Shown here: piece after piece, positions 12,501 through 23,883 of the stretch
Layout: each line of letters begins with the position of its first letter
Position numbering within the stretch: position 1 is the stretch's first letter
Origin: Octopus sinensis
Taxonomy: Eukaryota
Direction: 5' to 3'
Assembly: GCF_006345805.1 (NCBI RefSeq)
Contig: NC_043009.1
Span: 61,504,001 to 61,568,000, forward strand
DNA length: 64,000 nucleotides
Notes under the pieces: generated by a model
What the model saw: the letters and a program-made list of their open reading frames with translations, nothing else
Databases searched by the model: none
What the model was told of the DNA's origin: nothing
Position numbers and translations under genes: made by a program

Positions 12501-13378
12501 TAATGACACCCTTGAATTTTTTTTTACATTTGTCTTACTCTAAAACCTAGCCCCTCTATTATTGATTTGTCACCTGGGTAACTAAGTTATCAGCCATTTC
12601 TATGGAGCCTTCTAGGCATTTCAAGTATGCCTCTGTCTGGGATGATAATGGCATACATGTCCTTACTATTAATGAACAGAAAATGACATAAAAGTGCTAT
12701 TATGAAAGGTTGAACAAAGAGAACACATAAATGAAAGGGAGTCTACCTTGTGCTCACCCAACAGAGGGACCAACAATTCATGTTGAAAGCATCATAGTAA
12801 ATAGAGCAATTAATAACATGAAAATGTGGTAAGTTGCTGGTCCATCTTGAATAGTTGTGGAGATGCTCAAAATATCCAAGGAAGTAGGATACATGCTTGT
12901 CACCCAAACAATTAACCAGGTAATGCTCAATGATTGACGAAGCAGGCAGGATCATTGTAAACTGCTGCAAAGGAAATAAACAAGAGAGAGGTATCAATTT
13001 TGGGATTAGGCTGTGAAGATCATAGCATAATTGATCACAAGCAGCATTAGACTAGATAATATTTTGGTTTTATGCCCAGAAGAGATACCACAGATGGCCG
13101 TTTTCTAGTGAGGCTACTGACAGAGCTGTACTTAGTTCAGAGCAGCTACTATACCCAGCTTTCATTGATTTTGGGGAAGGCCTTTAATAGGGTACTATGG
13201 TCTGTAATCTGGTGGCCACTAAGGAAACTAGGAGTTGAAAATACATTTTACCTGAAGATATGACCCATTAAGGCTCTGCTTTTAACCATTTCCTGTCCAG
13301 CATGGTCCTACGGGTCATCAGAGTGGAGCTTAAAATCGATTGTCTGTGGGATGCTGATGATCTAGTTCTTAATGGCTG

Positions 13379-13572
13379 TTGTTAAGCAACAAGACAGGTA
13401 AGGGTGATTAGGTAATGGTCTAGGGCTTAGGGACGGGAGACCCCAGACCTAGGAAAAAAAAGACTTTGGTTATCTTGTAGTCGAGGGCTCTTCAGTGACG
13501 CCCGACACCACTGGGGGGTGGCCCTCGAATTCACTGGTAATGGAGATCTCCAGGTCCAAATTCTTGAACGGC
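13379..13572. mobile_element. 194-bp GC-richer insertion with 14-bp target-site duplication
   Basis: GTTCTTAATGGCTG at 13365-13378 and 13573-13586; removing the insert restores RT motif DDLVLMAESL. Confidence 0.85.
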
Positions 13573-13861
13573 GTTCTTAATGGCTGAAAGTTTAGTTGAT
13601 TTAGAGAAGAAATTCCAAATGCTGAAGCAGAACCTAGAATTGAGAGGCCACAAGGTAAGTTTAGCAAAAGCTTAGCAGGAAATAAGAATGGCCCCTTATA
13701 CTGTCAGGGAAATGGCTGTGATGAATATACAAAAAGTAGTGGGTACAAACAACATATGCTGTACCTAGGGTAAGCTATGGACACACAAGTGCTGTAGTAG
13801 TGGAATCACAGGTTTAGCATGTAACATGCAATAAGCACTCACAGGAAGTAGCTTCTGTTAA

Positions 13862-14082
13862 CCCTTTTGTTACCATATTTCTGTTGAGATGTTTTGTGTT
13901 TCTTTCAATTACTTTAAATATAACAAAGAATTTAGTAAAATAACTTAGTTATCATTCAGCTAGTGTTAGGGACATAAATTGTGACTTAGGTTTGGTGGAA
14001 GATTTTAATTTAGAACTTCTGAAAACAAGACATTTGTACTACAGAGCCAGAAGCCGTTTCAGGCAGGTTGGTAATGAAAGGG
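13862..14082. mobile_element. piggyBac-like MITE (family D) nested in RTE
   Basis: TTAA 13858-13861, CCCTTTTG...TGAAAGGG, TTAA 14083-14086; related copies at 46324-46523 (inverted) and 63805-64000. Confidence 0.85.
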
Positions 14083-14671
14083 TTAAGTACCCAGAAAGCT
14101 CACTAGAAGTCAATGATGGTTTTTGTTACCTAGGTGACATAAATGGAGGCAGTTGCTTCAAAAGCAAGCTAGTCAAGGTAAAAATGAGTTGGAAAATTCA
14201 GGGTGCAGTTGCCCTTACTAGAAACAAAATGTTTTTCTCTCAAAGGGCAAATTGTATGATGCTTGTGTCAAATTAAAATGCTGCATGGGTAGTGAATTGT
14301 GGGTCTTTAATGCAGATGACAGAGAGGCTAAAAAGAAATGAAGCAAGCAGGTTTCTGTGGATGTGTAATGATACAAATGAGCCAAGTATAAGAGGAATCG
14401 AATGTACTGAGAAAGGAAAAAATGCAGGTATGGAGGATGGTTGTAGTATGAAGGAATGACAAGTACTCTTAAGTTTGTGGAACCTTTGGAAGAGAGAGAG
14501 AAACTGGGGAAGAGTAAGTGATGACTGACCTGAAAATGATGCATTTCATGGGAGAGATGACAAAGGGTCACATTGATTGGTAATACACAGTGCTGGTGTA
14601 AACTTGACCAATGGTCAAAGAATGGTGATGTATGTACATTGAAATTAGGGTAGGTGAATGTGTGTATATAT

Positions 14672-14825
14672 CATCATTGTCATTATTTAACGTCCATTTT
14701 CCATGCTGGCATGGGTTGGACAGTTTGACTAAGGACTGGTAGCCAGAAGGCTGCACCAGACTCCAATCTGATCTGGCAAAGTTTCTACAGCTGGATGCCC
14801 TTCCTAATGCGAACTACACCGAGAA
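14672..14825 (-). mobile_element. SINE family B 3' part
   Basis: catcattgtcattatttaacgtcc...ctggatgcccttcctaatgc. Confidence 0.8.
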
Positions 14826-14829
14826 ACGG

Positions 14830-15058
14830 GATGACACTGCATAGTGCCAAAGATCCCAGCAACGCCATCACGCTTCAGGACCAGTTACTGCAACAGCCTG
14901 AGTTTCAAGGGCTCACAGCTTTTTAATATTCTCCCAAAGAGTCTGAGGAACTTGCACAAAGTAGATGTAGGGGTTTTTAAATCAAAGTTGGACCTTTTCC
15001 TGTCAAGTGTACCAGATGAACCTAGCTCACGGCAAGAGGTGCAAATATGTCCACGGGT
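14830..15058 (+). mobile_element. CR1/L2-group LINE 3' end fragment
   Basis: HCIVPKIPATPSRFRTSYCNSLSFKGSQLFNILPKSLRNLHKVDVGVFKSKLDLFLSSVPDEP resembles the FNxLPxxxR...FKxxLDxFLxxVPDEP C-terminus of this group. Confidence 0.75.
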
Positions 15059-15292
15059 ACATACGTGTACACCACAGAAATCAGGCAACTAACCCCTATG
15101 AGTCTACAGGGCTTGAAAAGGGTGCTTCATTCTTTATCCTTATTAAATCTTCATAATCTAACACTAAGTATTGCAATCATTGCTTGTTTCTAAAATGATT
15201 TTATCAATTGTTGGTATGTAAACGGGGGCATTTCTAGGATTCTTGTAGAAAAGAAGCTGAGATTCTTCCACTGAATAGAGTTAATGTATATA

Positions 15293-15684
15293 TACTCTCT
15301 TTTACTCTTTTACATGTTTCAGTCATTTGACTGCGGCCATGCTGGAGCACCGCCTTTAGTCGAGCAAATCGACCCCGGGACTTATTCTTTGTAAGCCCAG
15401 TACTTATTCTATCGGTCTCTTTTGCCGAACCGCTAAGTGACGGGGACGTAAACACACCAGCATCGGTTGTCAAGCAATGCTAGGGGGACAAACATAGACA
15501 CACACACACATATATATATGTATACATATATATGACAGGCTTCTTTCAGTTTCCGTCTACCAAATCCACTCACAAGGCATTGGTCGGCCCGAAGCTATAG
15601 CAGAAGACACTTGCCTAAGATGCCACGCAGTGGGACTGAACCCGGAACCATGTGGTTGGTTACCAAGCTACTTACCACACAGCC
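15293..15684 (-). mobile_element. tRNA-derived SINE family A, full length
   Basis: Head ggctgtgtggtaagtagcttg...ggttcagtccc, central TA/TG microsatellite, tail ...gactgaaacatgtaaaagagtaaaagagagta. Probably related to described octopus OK/OR SINEs (not verified). Confidence 0.9.
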
Positions 15685-15744
15685 AGGGAAAAATGTCACA
15701 TAATGCTTTCAAGGTAGAGGTAAGTGGATAATAAAGGCTTACTC

Positions 15745-15830
15745 ACTTGGATGGCAACTCATTCAGTCTATCATCTGGGTTTTTCCTGATTGTAAAGCCA
15801 ATGTCACTCTCTCACTTTTCATCTTCCCCA
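15745..15830 (-). mobile_element. Decayed RTE endonuclease fragment (second copy ~16790-16860)
   Basis: - strand IGFTIRKNPDDRLNELPS and LGFTIRKNLDDTLDEFPS resemble APE GVGFAI(R/K)xxL...ELP. Confidence 0.5.
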
Positions 15831-15864
15831 GCCCCCTAAAAATCTCCAGCTACATCACATTACA

Positions 15865-16190
15865 ATTTGTTGACCTTCATCTGATGAAATTATGAAACAA
15901 CTGGAAAAAGGCATCTGAGATAAAGCCCATGCTGTAGCATCAGATTTTGAGATGGGAATCAATTCTACCATGGAAATGGGATCATGAGTTGAAAAAAAAA
16001 GGGTGCATGAAAATACCTGATACCAATCAGGTACAAATGACAGACACAAATGATTTCAAGAGGAGATCTATTTCACAAGATCTATGCTTTTATGTTTTGA
16101 CTGATAATGTCGTTACAGGATTAACTGTACGTTTTAATGCTGTTAAGTGAGTACTGAAAATTTTAATGTCTTGTGGCAACACTCCACCAT
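15865..16190 (+). mobile_element. hAT transposase fossil (C-terminal region)
   Basis: ...FKRRSISQDLCFYVLTDNVVTGLTVRFNAVK*V..NF..LW resembles hAT FYxxLDxxIxxLxxRFxxxxxIxxxFxFL. Confidence 0.55.
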
Positions 16191-16284
16191 GTAAAGAATG
16201 GGCTAGAAAAGAAAGATAAAAGGATTAGCACACTAATAGCCTGTTGACCTTAGAAATGGAAGTCTTGCAACTGGAATGCAACAT

Positions 16285-16523
16285 ATACCTATTTCTTTAC
16301 TACCCACAAAGGGCTACACACAGAGGGGACAAACAAGGACAGACAAACGGATTAAGTCGATTATATCGACCCCAGAGCGTAACTGGTACTTAATTTATCG
16401 ACCCCGAAAGGATGAAAGGCAAAGTCGACCTCAGCGGAATTTGAACTCAGAACGTAACGGCAGACAAAATACCGCTAAGCATTTCGCCTGGTATGCTAAC
16501 GTTTCTGCCAGCTTGCCGCCTTA
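16285..16523 (-). mobile_element. tRNA-derived SINE family E, near intact
   Basis: Head gagttcaaattccgctgaggtcgactttgcctttcatcctttcggggtcgataaattaagtacc; many CpGs retained, so probably young. Confidence 0.88.
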
Positions 16524-16863
16524 TACCATCGATATACGAAGCAAGTTTTGGAAAAGCAAGACTGAAAGTTTAGAAAACTAGAACTTTAAAATTCTACCAC
16601 AAAGTCCAGTCTTTGTTGTGGTGCAGGGACTGGTGTACTTCAGTAATTCTGGGAGCTGTCAGGAAAGTACAAGGTCCTTGTAGGGCCTCCCATGCTCAAC
16701 AGGTCAAAGGAAAAAGGTTCTTTTCAGAAGTGGAAATGCTTTCGAGATAGTGGCAAATGGGGTTTAATGGTTTAGTCAATTGAATTAGATGGAAACTCAT
16801 CAAGCGTATCATCTAGGTTTTTCCTGATTGTAAATCCCAGTATCACTTTTCCACTCTTCACCC

Positions 16864-17161
16864 GTGTGGAGGTACATGGCCTAGTGGTTAGAGCAGCAGA
16901 CTCGCGGTTGAGGGATCGCGGGCTTGAATCTCAGACTGGGCGATGTGTGTGTTTATGAGCGAAACACATAAGCTCCACGCAGCTCCAGCAGAAGGTAATG
17001 GCGAACTTCTGCTGACTCTTTCGCCACAACTTTCTCTCACTCTTTCCTCTTGCATCTAGCAGTTCACCTGCGACAGACCGGAGTCCATCCAGGTGGGGAA
17101 CATATACGCCAAGGAAACCAGGAAATCAGCCCTTATGGGCCAGGCATAGCTCGAGAAGGAG
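16864..17161 (+). mobile_element. tRNA-derived SINE family F
   Basis: tggcctagtggttagagcagcagactcgcgg A-box head and gggcttgaatctc B-box; unique body with CpGs. Confidence 0.8.
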
Positions 17162-17164
17162 CTC

Positions 17165-17345
17165 TTCCCCTGTGCAGAGCCAAGGCCCCCCCCCCATCTA
17201 GAAAAAAAGAAAAGTTTCAGAAACATCAATGGCAATTCAAAACCAACGAGGCCTGGGTGAGGAACACCTTAAGAGATCCCAGAGTCAAGAAGAGTGGAGA
17301 AAAATCATTGATGGCTTTTGCTCCATAAGGAGCAAAGGGCCCAAT
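17165..17345 (+). mobile_element. RTE LINE extreme 3' end
   Basis: ...SQEEWRKIIDGFCSIRSKGP resembles RTE AQDRxxWRxxVxGLCSxRx. Confidence 0.6.
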
Positions 17346-18224
17346 AAGATATAGAACTTTAGAATTACTAAATTTACTAACAACAAACTCTGTAGTACAT
17401 TTCCAAACATTGTTTTCGTTTAAGAAACATGATAAATATTCACAGGCAGGTGCACCTTATAGGTGCAAGCATTGATGTACAGTAAGAAGTTTGCTTCCCA
17501 ACCACATGGTTCTGGGTTCAGTCCCACAGCATGGCACTTTGGGCAAGTGTCTTCTGCTATAGCTCCAAGCTAACCAAAGCCATGTAAACAGATTTGGTTG
17601 ATGGAAACTGAACGAAGATCATTGTGTGTACACACACACATGCACATAAATATGATTTTATTATATGAATTCATAAGAATCAAGGCACATCAACTCGTAG
17701 GACACCAGAAATGGTTAGGTATGATAGCATAGAACTCACATTGAAATAAACAGCATTAAAAAAATGAAGTGCTGATAGGATATTGTAGATATGCAAGTAC
17801 CAAATCCAATTTAAATCATAGACCCGAATCAGGGGTGGGTCCTTGGTGTGGCAGAGGTATAAAAAGTAAACTCAAATGGCATTTAAAATTTATGACAGCA
17901 GTTTCAGCAGAATTTTATTTATTTAATGTTGTCGTAAAAGATTACATCATAATCTCTAATCAATCATCATCAGGTAAAATTTTAAACAGGTAAGATTTTA
18001 AACATCAACCTGGACATAACCAACATTTGTTGGACTAATGGCTCATCTAAGTTTCATGTTCAAATTTACTGGATAATCAGAAGATGTGGCTTAAAACAGG
18101 TAAACAAGAAAGAGAGAAATCATGTAGATATACAATCTAAATTCACTTGAATTTAGATGTAAAACTTAACTGAGTCACTAGTCTAAAGAATTTGGCTACA
18201 TTCAGGCCAATATTTTAAAATTTT

Positions 18225-18400
18225 AGCATTCAGGTTATTCTATCGAATGTAATGATTATTTATTCACATTGTTTTGAATTTGTCATGCCTTATCTCACAG
18301 CTTTAAGATGACATTGTTGGGTAGGTGTAAGAGGTTGGATCTGGCTAGTTTGAACATAAAATAGGTAGAATATTCAGGCCAGATTAAATGCTAGAGGGTT
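18225..18400. mobile_element. piggyBac-like MITE (family C), reverse orientation
   Basis: Reverse complement of family C body, ends ...atgctagagggTTAA. Confidence 0.7.
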
Positions 18401-18555
18401 AAAATCTTACTTGTTTAAAATTTTACAGGTGTTGGTGGAATATATATTATGATGTAATCATTTATGACTGCATTAAATAAATAACATTCTACCAAAGCAA
18501 CTGTTGTAAATTTTAAATGCCATTTGTGTTTACTTTTAATATATGCATAAATAGG

Positions 18556-18968
18556 TGTAGGAGAGGCTGTGTGGTGAGTAGCTTGCTTACGAACCACGTG
18601 GTTCCAGGTTCAGTCCTACTGCGTGGCACCTTGGGCAAGTATCTTCTACTATAGCCTCGGGCCGACCAAAGCCTTGTGAGTGGATTTGATAGATGGAAAA
18701 CTGAAAGAAGCCCGTCGTATATATGTATATATATATGTGTATGTGTGTGTGTATATGTTTGTATGTCTGTGTTTGTCCCGCCAACATCACTTGACAACCG
18801 ATGCTGGTGTGTTTATGTCCCCGTAACTTAGCAGTTCGGCAAAAGAGACCGATAGAATAAGTACTAGGCTTACAAAGAATAAGTCCTGGGGTCAATTTGC
18901 TTGACTAAAGGTGGTGCTCCAGCATGGCTACAGTCAAATGACTGAAACAAGTAAAAGAGTAAAGAGTA
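18556..18968 (+). mobile_element. SINE family A, full length
   Basis: Complete head, microsatellite linker and tail; further partial copies at ~17445-17640 and 18990-19210. Confidence 0.9.
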
Positions 18969-19289
18969 TATACACACATGCACATGAGTGTGTGTGTGTG
19001 TTTGTTTCCCACTAACGCTTGGCAACTGGTGTTCTTTTGTTTATGTCCTCATAACTTAGAGGTTCAGCGTTTGGCAAAAGAAACTGATGGAATAAGTACC
19101 AGGCTTAAAAAGAAATCTACTGTGATTGATTCGTTTGACTAAAACCCTTCAAGGTGGTGCCCCAGCATGGCTGTAGACTAGTGACTGAAGCATGTAAAAG
19201 ATAAAAGATACAAGATTAATTTAGATACTGATGTTACTTCTTTGTTTTTCAGTCAGTGATATGATTTATGACTTACCATAATCATATAT

Positions 19290-19545
19290 TAACTCCCCTT
19301 CTTCCTAGCTCTCCTGTCTGACCATCTCTGTCCAGCATTTGCCATGATTGATCGCTAGCCACTAAATCTTTTCTTTTATTTTTCTCTCTCTGTTTATTTC
19401 TGTGTTCCTTTCTGTTGAAGAGCAAAGGCTCAAAACATAAAAGACTTTCTCACTTCCTGAGTGTTAAACTAATACATCTGTTTGTTGTTTACACACCCTT
19501 CTTCGTCTTTTGTTTTGTTTGTTTTTTTGGTAAATTCCAACTATG
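19290..19545 (+). mobile_element. Penelope-like element terminal-repeat fragment (putative)
   Basis: T-rich body with ttcctttctgttgaagagcaaaggctcaaaacataaaagac, resembling the TGAAGAG...CTCGAAAC signature of Penelope pLTRs. Confidence 0.45.
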
Positions 19546-19679
19546 TATATAATATAGTTGCTATCAGGATTCTGTCATGAATTGTGGAAGGCTGAATAGA
19601 TTATACCTTATGAATCAGAGTTTACAGTTAGATAAGGAATGATGTGTCGGATGTAACAACAGACAGTATATAATTCTTT

Positions 19680-19860
19680 CTAAATTTGGCACAGGTCAGA
19701 TACAGACCTTCATCAGCAAATGTCAGAGATACATCCTCAAGATCTGGTAGCTGGACAAAATTACAAACAGAAGTCTGTGAGAAAGAACAAACTAAACTCC
19801 CATCAATCAGTTCTGAAAAGGAAATGGTTCAGTCCAGTTTGCCTCAACATCTGCAAACAT
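19680..19860 (+). mobile_element. Decayed RTE 3' ORF fragment
   Basis: QTFISKCQRYILKIW*LDKITNRSL resembles RTE QTFINKCLRxILxIxWPDKIxNxxLW. Confidence 0.65.
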
Positions 19861-20003
19861 AAGTTCTCCTCTCCCTATTTTATGTTTCAGTGATTGGTTG
19901 GAGCAAGGCCATTTATCAAGCTGTTAACTCTGTTGCTTCCATAATTAAAAGTTCTATATAAGTTAGCATGGGTAGACTTATTGAGAGAGGATATTTTGTA
20001 GTA

Positions 20004-20226
20004 CAGTAACCCCTCGACTATTACAAGTGTTACGTTCCAAAAGCTCCTGCGATAGGTGAAAATCTGCAAAGTAGAAACAGTACCGTACTGTATATTTTTA
20101 AAAATTATTTTTATAATTTGTATATATTTATTTTATCATAAATGCAAAACACCACCACAGAAAAATCAGTTTAAGCTTAAATAATAAACCATGATAGGTG
20201 AACTGCAATATGGCAAGGGATTACTG
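20004..20226. mobile_element. Tigger/pogo-like (Tc1-mariner) MITE
   Basis: TA TSDs at 20002-20003 and 20227-20228; TIRs CAGTAACCCCTCG and CAAGGGATTACTG; 223 bp. Confidence 0.85.
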
Positions 20227-20265
20227 TATAATTATTTTATGATATCTGTTCTTACTAGCAAGCAG

Positions 20266-20620
20266 ATCATCATCATCGTTTAACGTCCACTTTCCATGTT
20301 AACATGGGTTGGACAATTTGACCGAGGGCTGGCAAACCAGATGGCTGCACCAGGCTTCAATCTTGATCTGGCAGAGTTTCTACAGCTGGATGCCCTTCCT
20401 AATGCCAAACACTCTGAGAGTGTACTGGGTGCTTTTACATGCCACCAGCATGGATCCAGTCAGGCGGTACTGGCAACGACCTTGTTCAAATCTTTTACAC
20501 ATGCCACCAGCACAGGTGCCAGTACGGCATTGCTGGTAACAATCATGCTCGAATGGTGTCTTTTAAGTGCCACCGGCACGGAGGCCAGATAGCTGCTCTG
20601 GCAACGAGTATATTTTGGTA
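20266..20620 (-). mobile_element. SINE family B
   Basis: (CAT)n plus family core plus gccaccagcac repeats. Confidence 0.85.
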
Positions 20621-20689
20621 GCAATATTTGTCATGCTTAAAAAGTGAATTATTTATTAAATGTATTAAAATATTTAAAAAGAAGTGCCA

Positions 20690-21020
20690 GCACCATGTAA
20701 AAATCACCCATACTGGCACCACATAAAAAGCACCTGTGCCGGTACAATGTGAAAATTACCCATGTTGGCATCATGTGAAAAATACTTGTGCTAGCACCAC
20801 ATAAAACCCATCCATGCCAGTACCTGTGAAAAGCACCTATGGTGGTGCCATCAGTAAACATTGTAAAGTGGTTGGTGTCAGGAAGGACATCCAGCCATAG
20901 AAACCATGCCAAAACAGATGATTGGAGCCTGGCGTTACCTGCCTTTCTGACTTGTCAGCTCCTGCCAAACCATCCATCCATCCCATGCCATCATGGAAAA
21001 CAGATATTAAATAATGTTGA
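20690..21020 (+). mobile_element. SINE family B, opposite orientation
   Basis: gtcaggaaggacatccagccatagaaaccatgcc...ccatgccatcatggaaaacagatattaaa. Confidence 0.8.
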
Positions 21021-21389
21021 TTAAGTTAATCCTATATTCAGATGACCTAATTCTTCATCACAGAATCAACTTAAAAACACAGGGATGTGAAACATGCAAG
21101 ATTACAAGGCATTTGGTTGAATATTACATCTGGATTTAATGGATTAGTTAATGGTAGGAAGATCAGGAATATGTCCAAATTTAAGAAACTAAATAGGAAC
21201 TTGATAGTGTATCAGCCAATAAGCTGAAAATTTGGGGGCAGTTTCTTTTATGCCTGTTTGTAGGACAGTTCTAGAGCAGTGATTTCCAGCCTTTGCTATC
21301 CCCAGCACTACTAGGAAATGTTTTTGCACCTCTTTCAAAAATAATTTTTTAACTAACTGGCAACAATAAAGGGTTCCAGTTGATCTGAC

Positions 21390-21665
21390 CAATGGAAAAG
21401 CCTGCTCGTGAAATTAACATGCAAGAGGCTGAGCACTCCACAGTCGTACATACCCTTAACATAGTTTTCAGGCAGATTCAACATGACACAGAATGTGACA
21501 AAGCTGGCCCTTTGAAATACAAATACTACTCATTTTTGCCAGTTGAGTGAGCTGGAGCAACATAAAATAAAGTGTCATGTTCCAGGACACACCACACCAC
21601 TGGGAATCAAGCTTATCACCTTATAAGTACAGGAAGCTAAGTGCCCTAACCACCAAGCCATGCAC
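21390..21665 (-). mobile_element. Additional tRNA-derived SINE
   Basis: gagctggagcaacataaaataaagtgtcatgttccaggacac core with tRNA-like head at the right end; related element at ~46860-47125. Confidence 0.6.
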
Positions 21666-22099
21666 TTTCGCAAAAATAATACTATATTTAAAGATGGAAA
21701 AGTCAATTTACTAATAATGAAGTTATTCTGTTTTTTAGTTGAACCACATACATTACTGTGGAATAATAAAGTTCTTGTGCTTATTAGGACAAAGTTATGT
21801 TTAACCCATATATATCCCTGGTTGCATTTTTGCAACGCAAAACCTGCTCCTACTTGTTTGGACATGAACTTGCCAGGAAGCATCTGACTAAGCATACAAA
21901 ATGTTCAGTTGGTAGTCGGTACCTGTAGTTAACAGTTGCATACTGTCCTTCTCTTCCAGATTGTGAAAGCTTACCATAATATTTAATCTAAATACAGTGA
22001 AATTTTAAGACTTCATTTTTTAATGAGCATATATGGGTTAAGAGTAAGCCAAAAAGCTATTACAATAAAGTATATACTTTCTCTTTGCAACTCCACCCC

Positions 22100-22160
22100 C
22101 TCCTGAAATGCTATCTTGCACCCCTAGAGTGTATGGGCACTCCAGGTGGGGAACCCCTGT
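22100..22160. mobile_element. hAT-Charlie-like MITE terminus
   Basis: ...gcactccaggtggggaacccctg; a compatible opposite end cagtgatttccagcct lies at ~21278. Confidence 0.45.
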
Positions 22161-22487
22161 TGTTCGTGAACAAATAAATTTATATCCAAATAGCCCATTT
22201 TTGGCATTAAAGGATACGTTACCGTACCATATCTACAACACTAGATTTACTGAAATTAAGTCAACAAATGAGTTTCTATGTTGTTAGTCAACTGCTTGAT
22301 AGAGTAACTAAATCTCCCTCAGTAAGTGTTCAGTTGTCTTTAAAATGGGAATTAAGCATTTAGATATAAATGTTTAGATCTTTGGGAAAATATCAATTGT
22401 AAGGATGAAATAGCCACAACTAAGTCACCAGAAAATAACTGAAGTATTGAATATCTAAAAATATCCCTCTCATGCTATAGACTATTC

Positions 22488-22832
22488 TTCTTTATGGGTC
22501 AAAAACTTGGAGGGTTACCAAAGCCATAAAGAGTAAGCTACATGAAATGTCTGTGCTACATGCTCAGGATCTGGAAGTCAGACAAAATTTCAAACAGTGG
22601 GATAGAACGAACCAAAACTCTCAATAATCAAGAAATTTTGGAAAGGAAATGGGGCTGGATTGGTTACACTTTGAGGAGACCCCCAAGTAGCATTTCAAGA
22701 CAAGTGTTAAACTGGCAACTTGAAAGAAAGAGGAAAATTGGATGACCTAAGAAGACTTGGAGAGGATGTGTGGAGAATGAAACAAAAGCAATTGGTCTCC
22801 CTTGGTCTGAAATCAAAGAGGTAGCCCAATAT
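22488..22832 (+). mobile_element. RTE-clade LINE 3' ORF fragment
   Basis: LLYGSKTWRVTKAIKSKL..KCLCYMLRIW...RKWGWIGYTLRRPPSSISRQVLNWQLERKRKIG*PKKTWR. Confidence 0.85.
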
Positions 22833-22834
22833 TG

Positions 22835-23176
22835 GAGCACCGCCTTTAGTCGAGCAAATCGACCTCAGGACTTATTCTTTGTAAGCCTAGTACTTATTCT
22901 ATCAGTCTCTTTTGCCAAACTGCTAAGCTACGGGGACGTAAACACACCAGCATCAGTTGTCAAGTGATGTTGGGGGGGACAAACACAGACACACACACAC
23001 ATACATATACATATATACGACGGGCTTCTTTCAGTTCCCATCTACCAAATCCACTCACAAGGCTTTGGTTGGCCTGAGGCTATAGTAGAAGACACTTGCC
23101 CAAGGTGCCACGCAGTGGGACTGAATCCAGAACCATGTGGTTGGTAAGCAAGCTACTAACCACACAGCCTCTCCTA
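22835..23176 (-). mobile_element. SINE family A
   Basis: Reverse complement of family A, tail truncated. Confidence 0.9.
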
Positions 23177-23883
23177 CGTCGAGTTTATTTCAGATATTCT
23201 CACTATAAAAATCATCTCTTGCTAATCGTTGAGAGGACATTGGTGTTGTCTTGGTGGAGGTTTGCGCTCTCTGAGTGCCTTGTTTATTTTTAGAATGACA
23301 AGAATGTCCACTTTACAGAAGTTACTGGGTTCAACTATCATGGAATTTAAAGTTTTGATTATATTCTCCTCATTTGTCTGCTATTAATATTTGTATATTT
23401 GGCCAGACATTGAACCTGAGACTTTATTTTATCAAGTGGGTCTGATGTTCTAACCACTGGACTAAGATCCTTAAATGATAGACTGAAAAATTCTCTCCAT
23501 ATCTGTTAGTGTATTAGACTATGTTAATAATATCCAATACACTTTTTGATAAAATAAAGGATCTAGGTCCAATCTATATCCTAGTTCATGAATATCCCCT
23601 GAAAATAATGAAAGAAAATATGAATTAAAATTTTGTGTAGATAGTCAGGAAAACAGACATGTCTACAAACACATCTCAGAAAAAATATATTGACTGCACT
23701 GTAATCCACTCCTTGTATATCACCACCATATTACAATAATATAAACAGTACATTATACTATCAATATACCATTAAACTATTCATTCCTGGTCTATTCTGT
23801 TTCCAATGACCTGTACTTTCTGATTAGAACTATTCAACAACAACCCTAGTTATAACAGCAGGATTCACAAGAAAGATTATCTG

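Larger units (their letters stand above)
12600..14560 (+). mobile_element. RTE-clade LINE reverse transcriptase region (decayed, with two nested insertions)
   Basis: Collinear remnants: EGPTIHVES..AGPS..VEMLKIS; FGFMPRRDTTD; KAFNRV..IWWPLRKLGVE; DADDLVL|MAESLVDLEKKFQ; LEVNDGFCYLGD; LHGSELW. Confidence 0.9.

Noticed and set aside
15234-15473. Recurring ORFs such as MPKVPRSGTEP..., LSVSFAEPLS..., MLAWVGRFD...
   Set aside because: All derive from SINE families A and B.
15745-15830. - strand exon with CAA|GTGAGT donor
   Set aside because: Has a paralogous copy at ~16800 and reads as decayed RTE endonuclease.
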